A stretch of DNA of 63,341 nucleotides, filler included, from Octopus bimaculoides (GCF_001194135.2; 8 parts of 7 records of this genome joined end to end with filler, not necessarily neighbours in it); one strand, 5' to 3'. Positions 14,183 through 26,770 are shown, counted from the first letter of the whole stretch. Notes: a model not told the origin generated them from the sequence alone. Translations and numbers: made by a program.

Positions 14183-14801
14183 GTAAGTGAAATATATAAG
14201 TTCCTTTTTGTATGCAAAAATTACTAATTAAATTCACAGGTTTTAATAACTGCTTTTGTGGTTTGCACAGTTTTACTGGCGGCTTATTTTCGATCGTACA
14301 GAATAGAAACAGTAACAAGGGGGAATATATTTTTGCGTTTAAGAATTTGGAAACTTTTGCGCTTTTAAAATTCTATTTATTTATTTATTTATTTATTCAT
14401 TTATTTGTTTGTTTCTATTTCTGAAAAATTTTAAATATGTTTATTTACAGTACCATTCTATCGTTTCCCGGCGTTCTATAGTATACAGCGTTCAATGTGA
14501 GAAGAATATGAACTGAAAAATAACAATAGTTCTTGCTAAGAGGTAAAAACCGTTAAGACGATTGTTTCGATATCTCGTAGCCAGTTCTCCTCCCGAACCT
14601 ATTCAGTTTGTATGTGTGATTTGGTGCACAGGTTATATTTTAAGAATTGCATAAATAAATAGATTTGAAATGAGTAACAAAAATAATTATTAAAAAAAAA
14701 TTGTATTCAAAAAATATTCAAGAAATTTTAACATTTATTTTTAGAGCCAAACCATACAGAATACATGGAGAGAATAAATATGAAAGGGAAGTGTAAAAAA
14801 G

Positions 14802-14878
<77 letters not shown>

Positions 14879-15203
14879 TCTACGTGTAATACGTTAACAT
14901 TAGTTGCAATAAGTGATATTATGTTGTAACATAAGCACAATGCCACACATTTTAAGTGTAAAAGCATAGTCGTTTACAATCGATCTCAGGAGTTGCCTGC
15001 TACTAATTTAACGATCTCAAAACAATGAACTATAAAGATGTGTAAGGTTAGACTTGAACACAGAACGTGATGTGACGTAACATACTTTCATACCATAAAA
15101 CATTTTGTGTATCGCTCCATCTATTCCGTAAATCCTTCAGCTTTGTAGTTATCAATCGATGTAAAAACAATAAAAAAAACCTTTCTAGTATTATCGATAT
15201 TAA

Positions 15204-15402
15204 TCCTTTCTCTTAAGGCCTGAAATTCTGTGAGAGGTAGTTAGTCGATTACAACGACCCCAGTGCTCGACTGGTACTTATTTCATCGGTTCCGAAATGG
15301 TGAAAGCCAAAGTCGACCTCGGCGGCATTTGAACACAGGACGGACGAAATACCGCTAAGTATTTAGTCAGTCGTGCTAATAATACTATCAGACTGCTGCC
15401 TT
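15204..15402 (-). mobile_element. SINE family C with a 14-bp TSD
   Basis: Core gaggtcgactttggctttca...cgatgaaataagtaccag. TSD ATTATCGATATTAA at 15190-15203 and 15403-15416. Confidence 0.88.
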
Positions 15403-17097
15403 ATTATCGATATTAACTGATATAAAAATTATTATCATAGAGGCTTAATATTCTGATCAATTTTCGTCGTGAATACCGCTTTGTAGTAAAGAGAGTCTGG
15501 TGAGGAACATATCTGTAGTAAAGTAGATGGTAGCCAAAAATGTGTAAGCCAAAAAATTCTAATACTCAAATCTGGTCGGCCGGAAGCTATAGTAGAAGAC
15601 ACTTGCCCATAGTGCCACACAATGGAACTGAACCTGGAACATGTGGTTGGGAAGCAAACTTCTTACCACACAGCCACGCCTCCACCTAATGGACGCTCAT
15701 AGACGCTTTCTTCTTCCGCTGTCTATGCCATACAACTTTCTTTTTTTCAATTTGGTTAAAAAACTGGAATACCACCAAAACATCACAAAGATCCAATAGT
15801 TCTCTAATTAAACATACAATCAAAAAAAAATAATTGTTTTTTTCTTCACCAAAAATCGTAACAATGAAATCTTACCAATTACCAAAAAACAACAATCTCG
15901 CGTCTTCTAAGCAATTCATAGATGGAGTTACTACTTTTAGCATGTTTAGAAAAAATATCAACTTCCATTTCTCATTAATTGGTAAAGATCCCTGAAAATA
16001 CAAAAAGAAAAAAGAAAAATAAATAAAGTGTAAATAATTTTTTTAATATTTTCAGGCTTTTGAAATAAACCATTCATAAGTAAACCAGATTTTTTTCTTT
16101 TTAACATTATTATAATTTTGCAGTATTAAAAAAAGAAACCGTATCATTTTTCATGCTTTCTGACACATTTAGTTATTTAATTTTCAGGCGAAAATTTAAT
16201 GGAAACATTCATTGGCCTGAGACTTCAAAGATAACATGCATTATCATTTAATTAATAATGTTAATCATAACGTTTCTAACAAGTGAAAATGCTTTTACGC
16301 AGCTTGCATTAAAATCAGCCATCTTTATTTTATCTGTTCCCAAATCCACTACACTTAACAGTTCCATTTCGAAGAAAATATTAATATCCATTAGCTTTTA
16401 ATTCTTCTGTTCATTCTAAGTCTATATATATATTTGAGCACGATATTGTGCGAAATCAAGCTACATCTTTTAACTTTGCACACGATAAAATAAGATCATT
16501 GTTTTATTCGAATGCAGATACTAAGGCAGACGACATTTACAGTAAAGCTCTATCTTATTATTTTATTTATTTATTTTTTCATGAACACTATTTTATCACA
16601 ATAGCAATTTCGATCACTGGCGGCTACGAGCTAATCTGCATCTTAGTTGAAATGGAAGAAAATATAAAGAGATTTACCATTACAAAAAAAATCTCGATCT
16701 TTTAGTCACACGTCTATTTCCGTAGGATAATATCCCATCTCCACCAATTGAATATAGACACTAGTACTCGGCTAACTAAATCTCTGCTAACACACATACC
16801 CACTCACACACGCACGTACCCACTCACACACGCACACACTCACACACGCACACACTCACAAACGCACACTCACAGGTGCGCGCGCGCAAACACACCACGC
16901 ACACGCACGCACGCGTACACACACTCACACACACTAACGCACACACATACACACGAACGCACGCACACATATCAAGCGTTGCTGCATGGCAAAGAGGTTT
17001 GCTTTGCAATAACGTGGTCTCGGGTTTAGCTGCACAGAACCTTAGGTGTCTTCTTTAGACCTGGGTCCACCAACACATATCTGTGTGNNNNNNNNNN

Positions 17098-17138
<41 letters not shown>

Positions 17139-17496
17139 TGATGGGTGTATGTATATAAATGTGTGTGTGTGTGTGTGCATCTTTTTGCTCATGCCCGAAG
17201 TGATTGGCCATTGCTATTGGTCTGTTTATGTCCCTGTAACCAAGCAGAGGCTGGTATGTGGTCATCGAATACCTGCCACTGAAGAAGAACAGTACACTGA
17301 GATCACATGATCTGGTAGTTCTAGCACCCCTACCAGACGATTATCGTCTGATACGAGATATGCACCATGCGCCTATATGAGACGATCTGTCAAGACGGAT
17401 GCCGCAGTATTTAGCGTTCTGACAAGACATCCATGTTAAGTTGGCTATAAAAAACTCTTCTTTGGTGGCGGAACTAATGCTACTTTGTTCGCTAAG

Positions 17497-17558
<62 letters not shown>

Positions 17559-17706
17559 AGAGAGAAAGAGGTGGCGAGAGAGTAAATAAGAAGAGAGATA
17601 GTTTTANNNNNNNNNNNNNNNNNNNNNNNNNNNNNNNNNNNNNNNNNNNNTTAATTAATTAANNNNNNNNNNNNNNNNNNNNNNNNNNNNNNNNNNNNNN
17701 NNNNNN

Positions 17707-17719
17707 ATGTATATATATG

Positions 17720-17754
<35 letters not shown>

Positions 17755-17960
17755 GTATGTATATATATGTATATATATGTATATATATATATGTATGTAT
17801 ATATATGTATATATATGTATGTATATATATGTATATATATATATGTATATATATATATGTATATATATATATGTATATATATATATGTATATATATGTAT
17901 GTATATATATGTATATATATGTATATATATGTATATATATATATGTATATATATATATGT

Positions 17961-18000
<40 letters not shown>

Positions 18001-18001
18001 G

Positions 18002-18032
<31 letters not shown>

Positions 18033-18130
18033 GTATTCATGTATATATATGTATGCATATGTATGTATGTATATATCTATATATATGTATGTATATATAT
18101 ATGTAGATATGTATATAAATATGTATATGT
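17707..18130. repeat. Compound (TA)n/(TATG)n microsatellite, representative of dozens of TA, CA, GA, GATA, CATA and ATT tracts across the window
   Basis: Directly visible. Other examples: 181-240, 14803-14878, 39410-39487, 49590-50230, 50630-50707 and 58920-59075. Confidence 0.97.
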
Positions 18131-18486
18131 CTTACAAAAGAATAAGTCCTGGGATCGAGTTGCTCGACTAAAGGCAGTGCTCTAGCATGGCCATAGTCAA
18201 GTGACTGAAGCAAGTAAAATAGTATGTATATATGGATATATGTATATGTATATATTTGTATAGTCCCTGAATGCCGACTAAAGCTGGCTGGGGAAGCTTG
18301 TCTTCCCTTCACAAATATAAGGACATAGGAATTGTGTCAAGGCCAACAGGAAGCAGTCTAGCTTCCCAGGGTTAAATAGCAGCAGCAGTGTGATTCCCTT
18401 AACGGGACAGTAAACAACTGCTTTATCGTAACACTGCTTCTTATATCTCTCTGTGAGTTTTATAATTAGATCATTTCTAATAAATG

Positions 18487-18529
<43 letters not shown>

Positions 18530-18596
18530 AATATATGAGTATATATGTGTGTATGTATGTATATATGTATAAGTATGTATGTGTATTATGTATCTA

Positions 18597-18630
<34 letters not shown>

Positions 18631-18766
18631 GTATATGTATGTATATATATATATAATGTATATGTATGTATATGTATATATATATATATATATCTGTATA
18701 TGCATGTGTCTATGTGTGTATATGTATGTATGTGTGTATGTATATATATGTATATGTGTATATATA

Positions 18767-18804
<38 letters not shown>

Positions 18805-19294
18805 CAAAAAATATATATGCATGTATACACACATATATGTATATACTTTCATCTACATGTGTATATAGATGCATATCAGGGTACAGGACGTTAGAACNNN
18901 NNNNNNNNNNNNNNNNNNNNNNNNNNNNNNNNNNNNNNNNNNNNNNNNNNNNNNNNNNNNNNNNNNNNNNNNNNNNNNNNNNNNNNNNNNNNNNNNNNNN
19001 NNNNNNNNNNNNNNNNNNNNNNNNNNNNNNNNNNNNNNNNNNNNNNNNNNNNNNNNNNNNNNNNNNNNNNNNNNNNNNNNNNNNNNNNNNNNNNNNNNNN
19101 NNNNNNNNNNNNNNNNNNNNNNNNNNNNNNNNNNNNNNNNNNNNNNNNNNNNNNNNNNNNNNNNNNNNNNNNNNNNNNNNNNNNNNNNNNNNNNNNNNNN
19201 NNNNNNNNNNNNNNNNNNNNNNNNNNNNNNNNNNNNNNNNNNNNNNNNNNNNNNNNNNNNNNNNNNNNNNNNNNNNNNNNNNNNNNNNNNNNNN

Positions 19295-19371
<77 letters not shown>

Positions 19372-19399
19372 GTATATATATGTATATTCATTTTCATAC

Positions 19400-20945
19400 T
19401 TTATCTAGTTTCAACTCATGAGCTGTGGCCATGCTGGGACACCGCCATTTGGTGTTGCAACATAATTTTACTTCATGAATGCTTTTCAGGAATTGATATT
19501 TGGTGCATGAGACAGTTTGATGCAGCTGCCCTCATCTGCCCCTCCTGCCATGAATTTGGTTCATCTGGGACACTTGACAGGAAGAGGTCCAGCTTTATTT
19601 TGAAGATACCTACATCCACCCTCAAGTCCTTCGGAAGGATATTGAAGAGTTGTGGACCTCTGAAGCCCAGGCTATTGCAGTATCTTGTCCTACATCTTGA
19701 TGGCAAATTTGGAGTCCTTGGCACTATGAAGTGGTGCCCAGTTCTTTTTTTTTGTGTAATTGTTGATGCCAAAGTCTGGGACAAGTCCTTCGAGGATCTT
19801 CCAGATGAATATTATGGCATATCTTTCTCGCCTACACTCTAAGGAATAGAGTCTTAATCTCTTGAGTCTTTCCCAATAGCTTATATGCTGCATAGAGGCT
19901 ATCTTCTTCATGTGGCTTCGTTGGATTGCTTCAAGTCCTGAGATTAATTTGACACTGGTTGGTGACCATAACTGAGAACAATAGTCAAAGTGGCTTAGGA
20001 CAAGTGTCCTACAGAGGACTGTCATCGTTTCCTGATCTCTTGTTCTAAGAACCCATCCAGTCAGTCGCCTGCATTTCATTGCCAATGTAGTGTCATGTAA
20101 ATGCCCAGGTCTCGCACTGACTGTGCCTCTGGGATGGCAATCCCTCCATGTCCAATGTATTTAATGGGTATTGCATTTAGTTTTGCATGCTGATAGCATA
20201 AGGCTTGAAACTTTGCAGCATTAAACTGCATGCTATTCTATTCAGCCCACTCGTATATTTCGTCCAGCTCACATTGCAGGTGCATAGTGTCTTCATGGTT
20301 CTGTATTACCTGTGAGACTTTTGTATCATCTGCATAACTTGTGATCGTGGCTCTCTGTGTGGCTGAGGGTATGTCTGAGAGGGCCATTATGAACAATAGT
20401 GGTCCCAAAACGGTGCCTTGCGGAACACCGCTCACTATTTGCGTGTCATTGGAGGTGGCCCCATTGGCTACTACCACCTGACTTCTATCCTTCAGAAAGT
20501 CATGAAGCCATTCTCCCAATTTTCCAACTATGCCGAGATCACACAGTTTGTGACATATCATTCCATGATCGACTTTATCAAAGGCCTTTGCAAAGTGGGT
20601 GTCAGGTAGCAAGTCATTTTCTTCAAGGAAGGCAATTAGTTTTCTTCTGACTATTTGTTCCATGACTTTGCTGATGTGCGAGGTCAGAGAGATAGGTCAG
20701 TAGTTCTTGGCCTCCGCTCTGCTACCTCCTTTATGAATAGGGCATATTTTACCCTCCTTCAGTTTTCTTGGGAGTTTGTCAGATGCAAGGAAGCTCTGAA
20801 AGAGGGACTGCAGTGGTCTTGCTAGGACTCGCTTACATACTTTTAGAAGGATTGCTTGGAATTCATCAGGGCTAGTAGCTGAGTTTGGGTTCATTTCATC
20901 TATAGCCCTTATTACATTGTCTTCCTTTATATCGATGTAATAAAT
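19400..20945 (-). mobile_element. CR1-clade LINE, 5'-truncated, 3' end intact, with an internal deletion in the RT
   Basis: Fragments translate to EGKICPIHKGGSRAEAKNY, FAKAFDKVDH, SGVPQGTVLGPLLF, SYADDTK, DYCSQLWSP and LYSLECRRERY. There are stops and frameshifts, the QHGFR-to-YLD segment is missing, and the short 3' tail ends near 19400. Confidence 0.92.
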
Positions 20946-21029
20946 CATCATTGCCTCTGTTTTTTTTTTCGTTTGCTCTCCATTTTTTTTCCTTTTTATT
21001 TTTTTTCCTCTCAATCTTTTCTTTTGAAC

Positions 21030-21892
21030 AGTTCAGGCCCAGAACGTCAAAGACTTTTCTCTTCCTCCTGAACATCAAACTAATATATTTGCTTGTTGTT
21101 CCCTCACCTGTCTTCGTCTTTTGTTTTCTGTAAATTTGAACTGTGTGTGTGTGTCTCCCACTTAAACACTTTCTGGACCTTTGACCCAATCCCCAATCTG
21201 ACACCTCCACACTTCTTTGTCTGGCTGAACTTGTTCTCTCCTTCAACTGCTTCTTGTTTGCAAGGAATTTTTACCAATAGATCTTGGGAGTGGCCATGGG
21301 AACGAGAACGGGCCCCCATTATGCGAACCTGTTTGTTGGCTAAATTGAGGCCCAAATATTCTCACGATTCACTGGTCCCCCTCCTTGGCTATATGGTTGT
21401 TATATTGATGACTGTATTGGTGCGACTTCACTCTCCTATGAATAACTGGACTCTTTCCTCTCTTTTGTCCAATCCTTCCATCCTGCCCTCGAATTCTGCA
21501 CTATTTCCAATACTTCTGTCACATTTCTCGACATTTCTGTCAACATACACCACTCCACTCTCACTACCCCCATCCACTACAAGCACACTGACTCACACTC
21601 CTACCTTAACTTCTTTTCCTCCCACCCTACCCACACCAAGCTCACCATCCCCTACTTCCAATTCCTCCGTCTGCGCAGGCTCTGCAGTGACAACCATGAC
21701 TTTGAGACTCAGTCTCAACTTGCGGCTCGCCACTTCATCCTTCATGGATATCCCCTCACCTCTATCTACACAGCCGTTGCCAGGGCTGTTCCATGGACTG
21801 TGCCTCTGCTCTCTCTCCCTGCACCTGCACTGCCATTACCTATCTCCTGTTTCCCCTCACCTACTACCCCTCCAACATACCATTCTCTGAGC
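21030..21892 (+). mobile_element. Penelope-like element (PLE) RT fossil of the GVAMG/YIDD type
   Basis: Frames give LVLSFNCFLF, ILGVAMGTRTGPHYANLFVG, CYIDDCIG, FHPALEF, VTFLDISV, TDSHSYLNFFSSHP and TIPYFQFLRLRRLCSD. A pLTR-like stretch lies at 21030-21170. Confidence 0.9.
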
Positions 21893-23842
21893 CTTCTGGT
21901 GACTCTAATCATGATGTTGACTGGATGTTTGATTTTTATCACTCTCGGTACATGTCCTCTGATTGCACTGTTCTCAGATTGACACCCAAACACTCTGAAA
22001 TATTCATACTGGAGCTTCCGGCGGAAATGCCAAATAGTACAGCCCTCTATCCAAACCACCTAGTAGCCTTCTCTGCAGATTCAGTAATGGAATTAATTTA
22101 TGGCCTTCATTTTTGCTGCACCAGTAAGTAAGCTCAGTCAGACCTGTGCAGAGTGAATACTGCATGGAACCTTCGCCAAGTATTTCAGTTGCCCTGCATT
22201 GTGCCTGCTAGCCACGGTTTCTATATCCCTTATCAGTTCCTGGTATTTGGCAGGCCTTCTCTCATTAGCCTCCTCTATGTGTTCTTCCAATGGAATAGCT
22301 AGTTTCCACATGATAACTTACTTGGTAGAGTTTGAGAAGATTGCTATTTAGGTAGAGTGACATATGATGTGTTCTGGAAACTTTGTTTTGTGAGATCCAT
22401 TCTTAGCTGCCAGTCTGGGGCAGTGGAAAGTGGGCATGAGCATTGATGTTTCAGTGCACTGGGCTTCTCTCCATCTTTGAGAAAAGTGATAGTCTTCATC
22501 CTTGATTGGGGTTTGCTGAATTCAGTGACTGTTATTATCACCTTCTCAATCACCTTGAGTGTTTGACTATGTTGTTAATGATAGTGGTCATCACCTAAGG
22601 TTACTAAGGAGATGTCAAAGGGATCCTCTTTCAGTGCACAAAGGACAGGAGGGTACTTTTGCTCCACATGTGAAAGCTTGAATGTGTTAAAGTGCTGGAG
22701 ATAGCCTAGATCAGAAATCTGATGTGCTGGATGTCAGCCTTCCATAGATTTATCAAGTTATGTTCCACTGCTGTATGTTGAGCCACCACATTCCTTGTTG
22801 GTTGAGTCCCACCATCCTGCTTGCCTATGCAAACTTCTTGGAGATTTTGTTGCTCTTTTCCTTTGGGGTGAACAATCTGGTAGATTGGAAAGTAGCTCCA
22901 GCCTGAGTGCTCTATTGTCACAGTTCCAACAAGATCTCTCTGCCTCATTCCTTCTCCTTCTCCAGTGCAAATTTCAATGCCAGTTCCTGCTACTTTGGTG
23001 TCTCTGTAATCTCTGTTCTTCATGACTTTTCTTATTTCCTCTGAGAGGTGTTGAAGAGTAATCATAAGGTGTTAGTTGATCCAAATCCTGCTGATCTTCT
23101 TTAGGGTTTTCACAGTTGACATCCTGACATTATATAATTACAGGGGCCTCAAACCCCTGGATAGGATGGCATGCTATTATACCCAAGTTTTGAAGCAACT
23201 GGGTAATCCAAATTTGTCACTCTTCTTAAGCCAGTTCTCAAGGTCTTTGCTGGTTCTCTATCCATCGGGCTGCTGTATAAGAGTTTCTCCAAGCTGTTGA
23301 CTGATTGTTCTGTCAGTGTTGAAAACTTTCCCATCACTTCCCTTTTTTCAGTACAATAGATTTTGACTCTCATGGGTTGAAATTCATTGTTGCTCATGGA
23401 ATGAGCTTCTTGAATTTCTGAAAGATCTATCTGCCACTAGCATCTGTTGATAATTGTTACAGTCAGGCCATCCATGATTGTGGCTGATGCATGCTGGATT
23501 TTTGTTTGGAGTCCTTTGCACTTTATCTCTGCTGGCTTGACACCATGTTCATGGCAAAGGCAAAAAGGATTACTGAAATGATACCACCAGTTATAATATC
23601 TCTTTCCAACCTGTGCCACTCTGATACTATGGATCCTGAAATGATCTCATCTGGAAATTGTGAAAGTAATCCTGAATGAAGTTGATCTTTCTGGGGACAA
23701 GTCTTTAAGGAACCATCTCTACTAGCTTATGTGGCATAAACCTGTAGGCATTTGTGAGATCCAACCACAGTATCACCTGATCTCCTTTTCTTTTCTTTCT
23801 TTCTTTTAAGATCTGTGTGACTGCCTGTGTATATCCTAGAGT
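21893..23842 (-). mobile_element. HERO-type (R2 supergroup, restriction-like endonuclease) non-LTR retrotransposon fossil
   Basis: Decayed frames give LWLDLTNAY..PHKLVE, EWHRLERDIITG..SVILFAFAMNM, LWKADIQHIRFLI, LSTAPDWQLRMDL, IEEANERRPAKYQEL and SAEKATRWF. These match the RT, zinc knuckle and RLE order of HERO elements as I recall them. Confidence 0.85.
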
Positions 23843-24735
23843 TTGTGAAATTATTTTCAAGGACAGCTTACACAAAATCACATGGACCTGAAAGAGTACC
23901 ATTTTCAAGGCAAAAGTCATTTAGTAGTTTGATTTCGAATGCACCTTGGCTTTGTTCGACTGAAATGTTATCATTTCTTATTCTTACATCAAGAAGGTAA
24001 TTAGCAAACTGTCTTTCATCAGAAGTACCTTCTGTAAGAATTCTTTGGTTATCAGCTCTTAGTGTTTCCCAAAGAAACAGCCTCTTTAGTGTTGCATTAG
24101 CAATTTACAATCTTACACTATGATGTATAGCTTGAAAAAAGTGTTTCCAATCACCAAACAGTAATACAATGAGTTCACTGAAAAATCTTTTAATCTTGCA
24201 CATTTAGCAAGCACCTATCAAGGCACTTGAGGATATGTTTACACCCCATAGTGGCCTCATCAATAACTGGAGGTCTGCCTGTTGCATAAATTTTATGTGG
24301 CATCTTTCTTTGTAAGATAGCATGTCAGTTCTGAAATCACATCATGATGATCTTAGAATGAAGAGTAAAGCAACTGCAATGTTTTCTTAAACCTGAGGTA
24401 ATCAAGTTTGATGTTAATTACATATATTTTCCCTGTGCCTCCACTTGCATTCAAGCATAGAACTTTTTCTTCTTTATCATTTATGAACCTAGTAACTTCG
24501 TTAAAACCTAATCTTTATTCACTATTCAAAGTTGGCAGAAGTTCTTACAGTTCTTGTCTATTGAAAATTGTTTCTTCTTTAAGTACACTTGGAATATTAG
24601 CTACTTCAACTATACTTGTCTCTGGTAAAGGAATACCATAGTAGTTGTAGATCTGCAAGCTGTCATTGTCAAGCCTTTTCTGGATTTTCATGAGAACAGT
24701 GTTCAGATGGGGATGACTTGCTCATGATTCTGGTG
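23843..24735 (-). mobile_element. Helitron PIF1-family helicase fossil
   Basis: Decayed frames give LNSE*RLGFNEV, CLNASGGTGKIYVIN (Walker A), VIDEATMG (Walker B), VLLFGDWK, FANYLLDV and CLENGTLSGPCDFV. Confidence 0.82.
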
Positions 24736-24749
24736 CATGGTATCTACAG

Positions 24750-25325
24750 CAAGTTGGCGGGCTCTGAGGAGGCTAGGGATAAATGAGTGGCTGGTGAAAG
24801 CTGTACAGGCCATGTACAAAGATGCTGTTAGTAAGGTGAGAGTTAACAAGTACAGTGAAGAATTTGGTGTACAGGTAGAGGTTCATCAAGGCTCAGGCCT
24901 TTGTCCCTTCCTTTTCATCATTGTTCTCCAGGCCATAACAGTGTAATTCAAGATGTGCAGCCCCTGGGAACTACTATATGCTGATCATGTTGCCCTCATA
25001 GCAGATTCCATGTTAGAGCTAGAAGAGAAATTCCAGGTGTGGAAGCAAAACCTGGAATTTAAGGGCCTTAAGATTAATTTAGCAAAGGTTCTAGTAAACA
25101 AAAAAACTGTTTGATTTGTAGGAAAGGTGTAGGCAGGAACTCCATACAATGTACCCAGTGTAAGCTATGGACACACAAGAGGTGCAGTGTATTAATAGGG
25201 AGGTTATCAGAGAAGATGCCAAAGCAGTCAAGGAGCCTGGGCAGATCTTCAGCTGGCCAGCTCCTGTAAAACTGTCTAACCCATGCCAACATGGAAAATG
25301 GTTGTTAAATGATGTTGATGATGAT
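24750..25325 (+). mobile_element. RTE-clade LINE 3' fragment (internally deleted)
   Basis: WRALRRLGINEWLVKAVQAMY, VHQGSGLCPFLFIIVLQAIT, PWELLYADH and CRKGVGRNSIQCTQCKLWTHKRC. The 3' end is ...aacccatgccaacatggaaaatggttgttaaa(tga)n. Confidence 0.9.
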
Positions 25326-26520
25326 ATGCAGAAAAGTATTGAGTAATCATTCAATTTAATGTTTCACTGTGTTTATACTTAAAAATAACTATCAATACAA
25401 TAGTTCCCTTTCCTAACATTAAAGACAAAATAAAAAAGACCCATTTTTTTATGAAGTATGTACTTATACCATTGGAGAAAAATTACCTGAAGTTACTACT
25501 GCAAAAAGCTGAAAGTTTCAAAAAATAAAAACTGAGGTGGAATATTTACCAGTGCAAAAATGATAAAAATATTATAAACACCTACAGATTCAAGATGGTC
25601 AATAGTCTACCACCCAATTCTCTCCCACAGTGTAAAGAGCGTCGTCTTTAACAAGCAATTGACTATTTTGCAGAATGAACTCAAGCAGAAAATTAACTAT
25701 ATTTACTGTCAGTGAAAAGTTATTTGTAAAGTTGAATAAAATAAGTAACCTCTAATAGATAAGTCAATCTTATTACCATCTCTTCCTTCTTAACTTGATC
25801 TCCGGACACTTACAAAAGAAACAAAGCATGTGACTTTAAATTAGCATGGGTTTAAAGAACTCTGCAACAGTCCTTGACGTTTTTGGAACTACACACCAAG
25901 TTTTCTTTTGTCCCTTTGATTAGGGTAGTACATGCACTGAGGAAAAGTGTTGTGCCTCTAAGCTGCAGGAAGGAGCTGAGATACGATATAGAAAACCTAG
26001 AAGAGCATCAAAACTGGAGAAAATCATGCGATAATAATAATCCTTTCTACTATATGCATAATGCCTGAAATATTTTGGGAAGGGATGAGTTGAGTACATT
26101 GATTCCAGTGCTTGACTAGTACTTATTTTATTGACTCTGAAAGGACGAGAGGCAAAGTCAACCTTGGTGTAATTTGAACTCAGAATGTAAAGAACAGGAA
26201 GAAATGTTACTAAGCATTCTGACCATTGCAGTAATAATTCTACCAGTTCATCATTTGATGATGATAATAATAATAATCCTTTCTACTAAAGGCACGAGGC
26301 CTAAAATTCTGGGGGTGGGGATAGTCAATTACATCGACCCCAGTACTGAACTGGTACTTATTTTATTGACCCTGAAAAGATGAAAGGCAAAGTTGACCTC
26401 AGTGGAATTTTTACTCAGAACATAACAACAGATGAAATATCACTAAGCATTTTGCCCAGCATGCTATCAATTCTATCAGCTTGCTGCCTTACGTAATAAT
26501 AATAATAATAATAATAATAA

Positions 26521-26770
26521 CCAGGCTTACCATCTCTACAGGAGGTGCAAAAAATCGTGCTAACTGGAACGACTCATGTACTAAGAAGAGCATTATCGCT
26601 GTGAAAACAACATCCATTCATGATTTTTTTTTTCTTAAATACATGTTTTACCTATGAATTTGCGTGTGTAAATTGGGAATGCATACAACGTTTCTCTGCC
26701 CTAGGTGTACGGAAAACACTCGGCGAGAAATGGGAAAAAATTTGAATAAAGAAGAAAAAAAAAAACATAA
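26521..26770 (+). mobile_element. R4/Dong-like LINE extreme 3' end inserted in (TAA)n
   Basis: PGLPSLQEVQKIVLTGTTHVLRRALSL* (26521-26604) resembles the C-terminal QKxVLLGTAxILR motif of R4-clade ORFs. It is followed by a 3'UTR and an A-rich tail, with (TAA)n on both sides. Confidence 0.65.

Noticed and set aside
17278-17310. Hammerhead-ribozyme-like CTGA(A/T)GA motifs (also ~1845-1870 minus, ~21030, ~30985, ~37232)
   Set aside because: None has both an intact CUGANGA and GAAA with pairable stems II and III. At best they are decayed PLE remnants.
21093-21890. 265-aa ORF as a host gene
   Set aside because: It is mostly an off-frame read of the Penelope RT fossil. The real motifs are in other frames and carry stops.
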